A DNA stretch of 64,000 nucleotides, taken from the NCBI GenBank assembly GCA_047495785.1, contig JBLDXI010000045.1:248001-312000 (forward strand), given 5' to 3'. This DNA comes from Lepidodermella squamata (taxonomy: Eukaryota > Animalia > Gastrotricha). The notes under the pieces were generated by a model that was not told the DNA's origin, made no database searches, and saw only the letters and a program-made list of their open reading frames with translations. Of the stretch, positions 1 through 10,113 are shown piece by piece. How positions within the stretch are numbered: position 1 is the stretch's first letter; every line of letters begins with the position of its first letter. Made by a program: the position numbers and the translations under genes.

Positions 1-92
1 AATTTCTGTAAAAAATATTGTGCCTCCAAAATCCTACAAAATGATGTACAATTTGATAATTTGACAGTTTGATAGGAATTTTCATAATTTCC

Positions 93-248
93 TTTTGTTG
101 CTAGTCCCAACAAAGGGGCATTGCGAATTCTAGCATTGCAAAATTAGCGTGCTTTGCGACCATGCGATGAATCATCTATGGTGATGATTCATCTTTGCGT
201 GGAATACACAGCAAGCTGTTTCTACTACTTACGTAACACGTAACAGAA
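93..248 (-). ncRNA. Candidate structured intronic RNA (H/ACA-like or Sm-class/SL-like)
   Basis: Three consecutive hairpins, including a perfect 11-bp stem (166-176/183-193). AAUUUUG at 145-139, ANANNA (AAAGCA) at 155-150, and ACA+3 nt at 98-93. It lies in an intron about 7 times longer than is typical here. Confidence 0.4.
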
Positions 249-380
249 TTCAAAGATCAAATAAAATAAAAATCGCCTTAAAACTCGCAGAAAATTTACT
301 CATAGTCAATCTCAAAATTTTAAGAAATGCAAAACGATAAAAAAATATTCAATTTCATGAACATAAAAGAAAATCCTTAC

Positions 381-3300
381 TTTGAATCCTGAAGCAATTG
401 ATGTAGGGACACGCGGGTCAACAATGAAGACCAGGCCGAACCCAGTCGAAACAACGCCAAGCTGACCAGAATCGCCCAGTGTTGAAACAGCAGACCACGT
501 AGGCGAGCTAAACGAGGTAGCATACGTCGAATTCGGTAAACTAGCAACCGCAGCTGCACACGTGATCAGCGATAACGGCCTGGCGGAAGCAGGGTCCCAC
601 AAATGCAACGTCGCGCCATCGACGGACAGAACTTGCCGATGGGCATCTAACAGGGTCAGCCCAATGCAGCGCCTTTTGTGCTCCGGGTACAGTTGAACCG
701 GAACGCTGTTGATGCTGTGATCGCTTCTGCTCTCCAGCGACCATATTGCTATCGCCCGATCGCGACTCGAACCAGCCGAGACAGATATAGCGATTTGCTC
801 GTTCGAAGGCGAAACCATCAAATGCTGAACTGAACCTTTCGTATGATTGTTCGTGCCGACAAATGATTGTAAATGAAGCCCTTTCAGCGAATTATCGCGC
901 GGGGCCGCCAGTCTCTGAGCCCAAAGCGCGGCCCATTGGTTGGCTAGATGGCGCGTTTTTCGCTCCCACAGCCGGTAGCTCTGATCGATTTCACCCGAAT
1001 TTGTGTCGAAATGATGGCCAGGGTTCAACTGGGGCGTTGTTGCCTCTTGGGACAAACGGTTACTGCCAACCATTCCAAAGCTGTTACCCAGTGAAAATAG
1101 CTGGCGATCACGCGATGTTGACGAGCACAAATCCGGGAAGTCATGCAGTTGAAGTGCAGGCAGTTGCTGACTCATTGACGTGATTGATTCGAGGAAAATT
1201 CGAGAAACGATCCGGGAGAAAACAGAATACGCCAAATGAAGCGATTCTGAGGGTAGACGTTGCTCGGGCGCGACATCTGAATGTTCCGAATCTTCACTCG
1301 CCGACGGCATTGAAGCTCGATATGAAACCGATAGTTTGATCAAAGTCAATCGAAGCAACGGCTCGAGTAGCTGTTCGGTATTAAGGCGGCCTAATCGAAG
1401 CCCTATTGCGTAAACCACGTCCAGGAAACGGCACAGGGCCAAATGCCGCGACCGGGGCGCTCGAGGGAAAACAACATGGAGCGAAGTAATTTGCGTAATA
1501 ACTTGGGTCAAAAGCCTCGACAACCTTTCCTGAACTTGCGAGTTCAACAAAGAACTAGGCATTATAAAAATAAGCTGGCGTAAAACGTAGAGAACACCAA
1601 GTAGCGACGACTCGGTTTGCTCGGCTAAGCTGCCCTGAGGCGACGAAAGGGTTTGAATGATTTCAGAAATACACGAAACGTAATGACCGGTTATCAGCAA
1701 CTCGCCATACGTGCAAACAGCGTTGCACAAAACCGCACCCAAGCGATCGACCCTTACATCTCCAGCGCAATGCAGTGATGGAAACGGGCATTCCTGGCAA
1801 GGCACGACCTGTTCACTCAATGAATTTTCGACATCGTCATAGCAACTGGCCAAACTGGCGAAGATAACCGGGGTAACGCAACGAGCGGCGTGGATCGGTC
1901 CGACGAAATCAATCACCCAGCTCAGAGTTGTAATCTCAACGCCATCGGTCATGAAAACTGTCCCGCGGACAATGAAAGGGACAACGTGTTCCAAGTAAAC
2001 TTGAATGCCGAAAATATTGATCAATTTAAGCTGGAATTCGCGATGAAAAAACTTGAGACAGTGCTGCTTTTGGCTCAGAGAAACCGCGCTCGGATCAGTG
2101 ATGCTATGCAAAGTTTGCTTCAAAGGTTTCAGCAGATGTTTTGTGCTGTTTTCACGTCCCAAAAATGTGCCAAAATTTGGTAGGAGGCAAAAAACGGCCA
2201 AAGACTGGGTGTCACTCCACGCGAAAATGTCTGAAAATAACTTGAAGAAACTTGGAGCGATTTGGTAAGGCAAATCGTTTTGCGAGGTTAAAAATGGAAT
2301 AATCGCCTTAATGATTTCGACCGGGAAAGCCTCGATATTTCTCAGCGAATGCACGTCAACGAGACAGTCGTAAAGAGCAGAGAAATAATTAGGAAAATAA
2401 ACAACCTGAGACAACACAGTCCCAATAGCTGTCAAGGGCTCCAAGCGGTGCAAGTCAATGCGTGGTTCTTCTTCATTCGCGCTGTCTTTCAATAGCACAG
2501 TGTCCAAATAGGCCTTGAATGGGCCGAAAAATCTGTCAATACTGTCGCGGTGAGACTTGTAAAGGCTGGTCGCAAGATCTAGCCGCGATTGATAGCACTT
2601 TTCAGGGTCGGCAATGCCATTGACAGACGCGATTTCGGCACTGGACGAGTGATACAGGGCCACTTCGACGATGAAAATTGCGACTGCAGTTAACAAATCT
2701 CTTGTTTCGGGATAGTCCCAACGCGAATCCAGGAATGCGTGTAAAAATCTATCCAACACGTCATCGCAGGATTCCTTCGAATCAACAACAGCTAGGAATT
2801 CTGCGAATTTCTCCGTGAAATCCAATAAAGCAGTAGGATTGTTGAATCTGAATTCAGGCCGCGATTTGGCGACTGATTGAAACCGAGGCGGGTGGGGAGC
2901 AGAAAATAATTGAACGATTCCGGATCGATGGGAAACTTTGCCAGCAGTGTCGACTAGAAACAAGTGGACGTTTTTCTCGTTCACAGCAGCGGCCCCACTC
3001 AATTTGCAACCAAATGTGAGATCAATCCAGCGATGTAAGTTTGCAGAAACTTGATCACTTTCCAATATAGATCGGTGATATAGAATAAAATCTTCAGGGC
3101 TTTCGCAGAAGTCTGGGTAGGCAATGTCGGCCAAATCATCATGAATTGATTTAAAAATAAGAGGATCGCAGTAAAAATCTGGAATGCACTCTTCCGGGCT
3201 CCATTCTTGCATTCTTTTCATAGAACTTGGATATTCGCTTGGGACCCAGCGTTTGCGAACGTGTTTGCACAACAACTCTTTCTCCATTCGACGAGCTTTG

Positions 3301-3965
3301 TATAAATAAAATGTTAAATCCGTTAACAGCGATGGCACGTGATGCGGTGGAGTTGATCCACTGCTGATCAGCATGAAAGTCGAATCCAACGCTGCGTCGC
3401 CTTTAGTTTGCCTGAATTTTGTTTTCGACAAATCTACGAAGCCACCATCTCGCACTGAAAAGTCGGTGACCCAAGGCATAATAGGATAATAATTAGGATC
3501 GCTCCAACTCCGACCAGACATATAATTCAGGTAAAGGATATATTCGAAGTTCGAAAGTCGACCGAAGAGCCAATCGCTGCAAATCGACTTAAATGAACGT
3601 CCCATCAAGTGAGAAATAATGTCATATGAAGGTGGGGTAGATAGAGCAAAACTGTTGTTTTCTGCAAATGAGGGAAAGGCTGCCCTCAAGCAATTTTCCA
3701 CGTCGAACAAAGCTCGATGACTCTCCTCTGCTACTGAAATCCAAAGCGATTCCGACATCAACAAGTTTTTCAAATTCAGACTGCATATGTGAAACTTTTC
3801 ATCGCCGGATAGTTCCTTGAATAGCCGGAATAGTTGATAGACGACGAATTGAAATTCCCAATCGCCGTCGACAGGACGAAATAGCCATGGGTTAAAATTC
3901 AAAGCTGACAAAAGTGTTGTAGAAGTAGTTTGACAAAATACGCTCAAACTATCCGAGTTATCCAT
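381..3965 (-). CDS. WDR81: WDR81/SORF-2-like BEACH + WD40 protein; one ~3.6 kb exon, with the 3' end continuing past the window start after an intron (380..6)
   Basis: BEACH motifs: LSNFEYILYLNYMSGRS..DPNYYPIMPWVTDF, DLSKTKFRQTKGDAALD, YPSSMKRMQEWSPEECIPDFY, LHRWIDLTFG. WD40-like repeats start near the C-terminus. GTAAGG donor at 380 and TTTTTTACAG acceptor near 6. Start is either ATG 3965 (after an acceptor-like tract) or ATG 4031. Confidence 0.9.
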
Positions 3966-4209
3966 ATAATTGAATGTAAAATCCCTAAAAAAAGAAAGGA
4001 TAAATATGCAACAAATTTTATTTGCTTCCATATGTTTTCTTTCTTCTTTTGTAGTTATTTAGAAAACAAACACTTTACATTGTTATAATCAGCAACTAGG
4101 ACTTCAAATGATAATTTATAAGAGCTAGAACTACAAAATCGAGGGAGAAGTGTGACCGGTAGAGGTTTGCAGCAACAATATTAAGCGTTGAATTGATCGG
4201 TGGATTTGG

Positions 4210-5154
4210 CTAACGCTGAGGTGAGTTTTCCGAAGTGTCAGAGAAAAATACAGTTTTAAGCAATTCATAACTTGCATTAATAATACCCCAGCTGATTAAG
4301 CTACGCGAAAAGTTTAGCGGAACGCCCTTCCACATGTCTAAAAAGGAGCTTCTTTCTGCTCGGATTATTTTCCAAATTTCGAAAATGCTATGGAAATCGC
4401 CTCCTACGTATGACTGCATTCGAGTTCGAATAACGTTAATGGGATAGAAAAATGTGCTGAGAGTCGCTCCAAGAATAGCACCACTCGTAAAATGGGCGGC
4501 TCCCATGGGCACAAGTTTTGCAGCATTCTGATGCTGCCGTTGATCTATATGCGTTGAATCACGGGTCGGGACTTGATTAGATTTGCGCCATCCGAATCGT
4601 TGGAAGATAGTTAACACACCATTTGCTATGGGCTCACGCAAAGAGAAAAATAAGCCAGTACTTAGACTGTTTCTGATATAAATTGCCGTCACTCCGCGGT
4701 AATATTCGCTGATTCGGTAAGAATAAAGCTCCTTGGCGGCATGAAAAGTATTTTGAAAGCGGGAATGATAGTCAGGATCTTGGAGCAACGTCTGTATTCT
4801 TTCCAATGGCACTAAGATACATTCGACAGCGGCAGACGCGGAACCTGCCATGAAAATGAAAGAATAATGCACGACGGGACTGTCAGAAGTGGTATGTCGA
4901 CGCAAATGTCGATAGAATTGGTCAAAGGATCCAAACATCAGCGCCATGGATGTTGACTTTTGCAGCAGAGGAGGAAGCACACCACGATATAGGCTGAAAA
5001 ATCCTTCAGTTTTTAACTGTTGTATAGCCGGCCGAACACCAACGCCATGCAGCATTTGCCTGAATATCACTTTGCTCACAGGAAAGGTAAAGGCAATACT
5101 AGTGACAGCAGCGCCATAGCCACAGATGAATTCACGATAGTTCTCCTGTTTCAT
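4210..5154 (-). CDS. SLC25A51: Mitochondrial carrier, SLC25A51/MCART1-like NAD+ transporter; intronless
   Basis: Three carrier repeats with P-x-[DE]-x-x-[KR] variants (FPVSKVIFRQMLHG, PLERIQTLLQ, YPINVIRTRMQ) and LYRGVLPPLLQK, typical of SLC25A51. Confidence 0.92.
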   Translation of the reverse strand: MKQENYREFICGYGAAVTSIAFTFPVSKVIFRQMLHGVGVRPAIQQLKTEGFFSLYRGVLPPLLQKSTSMALMFGSFDQFYRHLRRHTTSDSPVVHYSFIFMAGSASAAVECILVPLERIQTLLQDPDYHSRFQNTFHAAKELYSYRISEYYRGVTAIYIRNSLSTGLFFSLREPIANGVLTIFQRFGWRKSNQVPTRDSTHIDQRQHQNAAKLVPMGAAHFTSGAILGATLSTFFYPINVIRTRMQSYVGGDFHSIFEIWKIIRAERSSFLDMWKGVPLNFSRSLISWGIINASYELLKTVFFSDTSENSPQR

Positions 5155-6008
5155 CGTTATTACAGGCTAAACATGTCGCTCATCAGCTAAAAGTAATTTT
5201 TGTGTCTAAATTAACAAACTAATATCAAATCCACGAAACGCCAGAATCTCGAATTTCAATCAGAAATCAGAATTTCGATCAGAAATGAATAACACACAAT
5301 CAATCATTAATCAATCAATCAATAAATCTATATCTGCTGAATCATTGTGAAAGGCGAATAAAAATAGGCAAGTTGAACCACACGCCGAACGTCGAACTTC
5401 GTAAACAGTAGCAGTTAACAGCTGCAAGGGACATTCATAATAAACCCAACCCTTCCCAATCCTACCTGTCCCCAATTATTATTTTTAAGAACAAAGCGCG
5501 CCAGAAACCATTAATTATTGAACTATTTTACAACTATATAATCAACATCACTTACTGATATCAAATTTAAAATAATTTCGCCTAATGAAGTTAATTTTGA
5601 AGAAACTATTTTGCAGCGAGGGTGGGGTCATGCTGTTTTTGGCTGCGTTTTTGCACCAGCAACGTGTTAGCTCTAGCATGCCTCCTCATCGCGGTCCTCG
5701 TGGCTCGTGGCGAGCACGTTGTTAGCCGTATATGAATCTACCCGCTTGTTGTTGATGGCTAAGTTTAATTCTTTATTGATCTGCTAAGTTTTCTCAATCG
5801 GCCTCCTCTCTTAACTTGAGCTCTGAGTGTGAACGTTTTTCTTGACAATTGAAAGTCATAACAATGCCTTGAGTCCGCATTCACTATTTTCATCTCAAAT
5901 CTCAACCTTGATGACTGGAATTGCAGGCGACTTCAGTGACAAGCACTCATCTTCGACAAAGCCTTGAGGTTAGATTTTTTAAATTTAAAAAAATTGGAAA
6001 GCCTAAAA

Positions 6009-6064
6009 ATGATGAACCGACTAGAGTCTCCGATAAATATGAGCGATGATTTGAATTTTACTGA
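6009..6064 (+). ncRNA. Box C/D snoRNA, SNORD52(U52)/snR78-like, copy 1
   Basis: C box ATGATGA at 6009, guide GACTAGAGTCT + D' CCGA at 6030, D box CTGA at 6061. The guide is antisense to the conserved LSU rRNA sequence GACUCUAGUC. Lies 71 nt upstream of the 3' splice site. Confidence 0.85.
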
Positions 6065-6247
6065 ATCAAAGATGATTATATTATGATTGGTGAACATGTT
6101 TCACATGCAATTCATAACATGTAATGTTATTTCAGGTTTTTTGTCGATAAATGGCTCTAACGCTACAAGCTATGCTGGAACTGCGTGACATACAAGTTTG
6201 TTGTTTAATTATTATAAAAGTAACACAATATTATTATCATGAATTTA

Positions 6248-6308
6248 GTGATGAAATGACTAGAGTCTCAGATAAAAATGATTGATAACCTCGTTCGTTA
6301 CTTTCTGA
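6248..6308 (+). ncRNA. Box C/D snoRNA, U52/snR78-like copy 2, with a second guide antisense to SSU rRNA
   Basis: C box GTGATGA at 6248, GACTAGAGTCT + D' CAGA at 6269. D-guide CTCGTTCGTTA is antisense to 18S UAACGAACGAG. D box CTGA at 6305. Confidence 0.85.
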
Positions 6309-6481
6309 TACCACAAACTGGACGTTTCTAGTTTCTATTCTTGCATTCTTGTCTGAATTTTCTTGACATTTTCCTTTCTATTGCAGATTTGTCACTTGGC
6401 TGTCGCCCTATTCCACATCGATTACTGCGTCAAATCTGCGAGGTGAGGAGAATTGATTTTTCTTCATTTTTTACACTTGAA

Positions 6482-6542
6482 ATGATGACCAAATCCAGCT
6501 CTCCGAAATGTGATGATGGATGAATACGTTCCTGTTTTCTGA
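6482..6542 (+). ncRNA. Box C/D snoRNA, snR69-like LSU guide
   Basis: C box ATGATGA at 6482. Guide AAATCCAGCTC(T) + D' CCGA at 6503 pairs with LSU GAGCUGGGUUU (one G-U). C' GTGATGA, D box CTGA at 6539. Confidence 0.8.
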
Positions 6543-6705
6543 ATCCTCGTTTTACGCGATAGCTTTAATTATCTCATCCAATATTTTAATCACCTGGTTT
6601 TTAACTGTTTTATTTTTTTCTGGCAGATTTCCAGCCAAAGCCAAGTTCCAACCATATACTAAGGTAAGCCGACAAACAACTTTCTTAAATTGGCAGTAAA
6701 CGATC

Positions 6706-6766
6706 ATGATGTTTTGACTAGAGTCTCTGAACTTTTTTGAGGAGACCGCTTATTAGCAAATACTGA
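6706..6766 (+). ncRNA. Box C/D snoRNA, U52/snR78-like copy 3
   Basis: C box ATGATGT at 6706, GACTAGAGTCT + D' CTGA at 6727, C'-like TGAGGA, D box CTGA at 6763. Confidence 0.8.
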
Positions 6767-7266
6767 ATTTATTATTAATCTTGCATCATTTCTTAAATAT
6801 TCCTGTCATTAATCGAGTTCTTTATTTCAGGCTGTGATCTGGGCATTTGCTACCATCTCGATTTTATTGGCATCTAACGTCGTCGTTTGGCTTAGTGTTT
6901 TTTATCATTGATGACTTTGAACACTGAAAACGTAGCTGATTCTTGCAAGCGCTGCAACAGTCACCAGCAGATAAGCGTGGAAAATGCGTAAGTTTGCGCT
7001 CTTACTAATCATATACAACTTGTCGAACTGCTTGCTTCAGTTCCATAATTGTTGAGTTGTTTAATCCTTATTTGATTTGATATGGTGTTCGAGTTGATTG
7101 ATATTTACGAAATAAAAGAGGGACATTTATGATTTTCTCGTCTCCAAATCTTTGACCTGCGCAATTGAACATTGCCGTTATTTACTTGAGTGAGCTGCGA
7201 AATTTTGAATCATGCACCGTCATTTGCAAACAATGCGTCAAGTGAAAACAAAATGTAGTCACGATA

Positions 7267-8358
7267 ATGCGTCACTTCAATAATGTAGTTTCAGCTGTTA
7301 GAAGCAACTTGTAGATACAAAACATTTCCTCAAAATGACATCATTTAAATATTTCACAGTCTGGACTATCACGAGCAAATCGAGCGGTTGAAGGCAGAGT
7401 TGAAAGAGCGCAAATCAGCAATTTCGCAAATGGACAAGACCTATTCTGAGAATCTTTCTCGCTATGAATTGGAATCTGCAAAGAATCAGGTTAGCTAGCC
7501 AACATCTTCAGTTGATTTATTCATAACATTTGCATTCTCAGGAGGAATATGCCAAGTTGAAATATCGTCACGAGGCGTTGTTAGAAGCTTTCAAAAACCA
7601 GCAGAAGATCAATCACTGTCTTGAGGATAAATTGTTGAATGTCGTGGCCGAAATGTCTCGGCGACATGATGCTCTCGAGGCGAAATGTAAGGTTCTTGCC
7701 GCTAACCTCGAATCTGCTAACGCGAAAATCGCTCAGCTAACTTCAGAGAATGTATGTTCAGTATTTTTTGTAATAATTCGTTTCTTACTGACAACTTGAT
7801 TTAGTTTGATGAAGATAACGGCACGTCTTCGCCTGATGATTCAAGGCCTCGTCACGTTCCTGTTAGCCTTGGGTTTAGCAGCGGATTGCTTCCAATGTAC
7901 CACTCCTCGCCTGATTTAGTTGGCCTAGCTGACAAGCATAGACAACGACGAGCTCAAACTGCCGCTAAAGCTACCAAACAGACCTATTCGCCTTTCGCAA
8001 TACAGACCTTCCCACCCACGCTGATGTGTGATACTTCGAGCCTCAATTCAAATACCGGATTCAGTCGAGTTCACGATGAGACTGAAGTTGGTGAAGAAAA
8101 TAATACAGTATGTTCATTGTACATCTATAATTAATTGTGGCTAATTTTTCCATAATTCGTGATAAGTTTGTTGGAAACGCTGGACATACCAGGAGTCGCT
8201 CAACTACCGAAACGTTCTCATGCGCTTCATGCACCTCGTCTCATCCGCCTGGGTCGCCTCGACCTGTGGTTACGACGTTAATCAACGAACAAGCAAATGA
8301 TAACTCGCTTGACCTGAAAACTCACCGGACACACATTGGCTCTATTTTCACTGTTTAA
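7267..8358 (+). CDS. TJAP1(Pilt)/BEGAIN-like coiled-coil protein; multi-exon
   Basis: Spliced coiled coil LDYHEQIERLKAEL...KNQ|EEYAKLK...QKINHCLEDKLL resembles the TJAP1/BEGAIN INQELEDKL motif. Introns at about 7311-7359, 7490-7541, 7752-7803 and near 8108. C-terminus is -IFTV. The start is tentative. Confidence 0.55.
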
Positions 8359-8595
8359 ACTGAAGAAAGACTATTGGATCTATTTTTTTTGTTACTAGAA
8401 GCTAGAGACCATTGACTTTTTGTGTGTGCTTTCTCGACTGCTGGAAGTGGGTTTTTCTTTTCCAAACTATTAAATTATTATGTTTAATACCTGTGTATTA
8501 TTATAATTGGTGCCATTTACGGCGAAGATGCGGCTTTGAAATTTATTAAAAGTTCTAGGAATTATCAAGTTTTTTGCTTCTAGTAATTTAAAGCC

Positions 8596-9996
8596 ATGAA
8601 TGTTCCTGGAATTTACCGGTCCGGTTTCCTGGTCGCTCGATTTCTCGCAACTGCGCGAAGTACGACCAAGCCGAAAAAGGAGAAAGTAATCGCGCCAAGT
8701 TTAATCCTGAATGACGCGAATGACTCGGAGAAAAAAGTCACTAGGATATCAAAAAAGGCGAAGGAAGCTGAAATCGACGTAATTTCATCTTTGAAAGTAC
8801 AGATCCCTCGGGTTGTCGCCAAAAGAAAAGTGAAAGCGGAAACAACTCTTATTGAAGAGAAAATTGAGGAGAGGGCGATTGACGAAGTATCGGATATTTT
8901 GAGCGTTATCGCCGGGGCTACCACTCCTCCGAAACGGGAGGTAGTGTCTGCATCTCGAGAGACTAAAAAAGAGAAGCCTAAAGAGAAGCCTGTTACGGAA
9001 AAACCGAAGGAAGTCGCCCCTTCTCCGCCAGAAGTAACAAAAGCTGAAAAAACGATATTACCTCTAAAACATGAATCTGTGCCCATCCCTATTAAGGTCG
9101 ATAGTTCGAAAAATACCTCGATAAATCGAGATGTAATGGTCTCTCAAAATAACAATATGTTATCATTTCCTCTTTGTGCCGACCATAAATCGCCAGCTAT
9201 GGCCGATCTTCTTGCCTATGATCGAGTTGTCGAAATGGGAATGAGACGCTACCCTAGTGTTGGCACTATCATGCGCGAATCTCAAACGCCTCAACAAATA
9301 TTTTTGCTCAAACGTTGGCGGGAGAAAAAGATCAGTGAGTTGGGCTCGGAGGCCGAGTTGAATTTATACGTCCAACGGATTAAACACGAGGGCGAACGGC
9401 TTCATAACTGCCTTAGGCTGTTTTTATCCGCCAATGTGCCTGAAAAAGAGCTGCCGCTCGTCGAACCACTCAGGCCTTTGTGGCAGAGTTTTCGCCACGT
9501 TCTCGACAAAATCAGCTCGATTTGTGCGATCGAAACCGCCGTTCATCATAAACCACTCGGCTACGTTGGAATCGCCGATTGCGTGGCGGTAATTGACGGA
9601 AAATTGGTCGTTATTGACTGGAAGGTTTCGGAAAGGCAACGCGTGAATTTAGCGCAGACCTACGATACCCCTATTCAAATTATCGCCTATATCGGCGCGT
9701 TGAATGCACTTTACGGCCATGAAGCTGCTAAAAAGGAGGGGAAGGCTGAGCCGGCTGCGGGCCAGGTGCAAAAGGTGGAGCCACCCCAACTTTATGTTCC
9801 ACCTCAAATTATCCGTCATGGATTGGCGGTGATTGGCTATCGAGACGGTTCGCCGGCTCATGTGCATGTCATGGATGAAAATGCTTGCGAATTGTATTGG
9901 CAAAAATGGCTGGATAAGGTTCATTCGTATTGGGCGAAAAAGTTATCTCCTACTGCTACTACTGTTAACCCGGCACCTGTTATTAACTCGGATTGA
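8596..9996 (+). CDS. MGME1: Mitochondrial genome maintenance exonuclease 1; intronless
   Basis: Mitochondrial-type basic N-terminus, YPSVGTIM, LKRWREKKISELG, and PD-(D/E)XK core GYVGIADCVA..LVVIDWK with QIIAYIGALN. Confidence 0.9.
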   Translation: MNVPGIYRSGFLVARFLATARSTTKPKKEKVIAPSLILNDANDSEKKVTRISKKAKEAEIDVISSLKVQIPRVVAKRKVKAETTLIEEKIEERAIDEVSDILSVIAGATTPPKREVVSASRETKKEKPKEKPVTEKPKEVAPSPPEVTKAEKTILPLKHESVPIPIKVDSSKNTSINRDVMVSQNNNMLSFPLCADHKSPAMADLLAYDRVVEMGMRRYPSVGTIMRESQTPQQIFLLKRWREKKISELGSEAELNLYVQRIKHEGERLHNCLRLFLSANVPEKELPLVEPLRPLWQSFRHVLDKISSICAIETAVHHKPLGYVGIADCVAVIDGKLVVIDWKVSERQRVNLAQTYDTPIQIIAYIGALNALYGHEAAKKEGKAEPAAGQVQKVEPPQLYVPPQIIRHGLAVIGYRDGSPAHVHVMDENACELYWQKWLDKVHSYWAKKLSPTATTVNPAPVINSD

Positions 9997-10113
9997 ATGA
10001 TTTTCAATGAATTTTTGTTTCATTTGATTTTCTATTATTGCGTTTCCGGTGCAGTAAAATTTTGTTACACATCTTAATTTAAATTCTTTAGCTAATTTAA
10101 GTATTTTCTTGTA

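Larger units (their letters stand above)
5800..7130 (+). ncRNA. Non-coding, spliced snoRNA host gene (SNHG/GAS5-type)
   Basis: GT-AG introns at 5969-6135, 6196-6386, 6443-6626 and 6664-6830 (each holds one C/D snoRNA), plus 6988-7040. Exons are short with no coherent ORF. Pyrimidine tract near 5802 and AATAAA at 7111-7116. Ends are approximate. Confidence 0.75.

Noticed and set aside
6019-6730. Repeated GACTAGAGTCTC as a CRISPR-like repeat
   Set aside because: Only 12 bp with irregular spacing in a eukaryotic context, and explained by paralogous snoRNA guides.
6908-6940. TGATGA...CTGA motif in the fifth host-gene exon
   Set aside because: Only about 30 nt between the boxes, exonic, and no recognisable rRNA guide, so not called a snoRNA.
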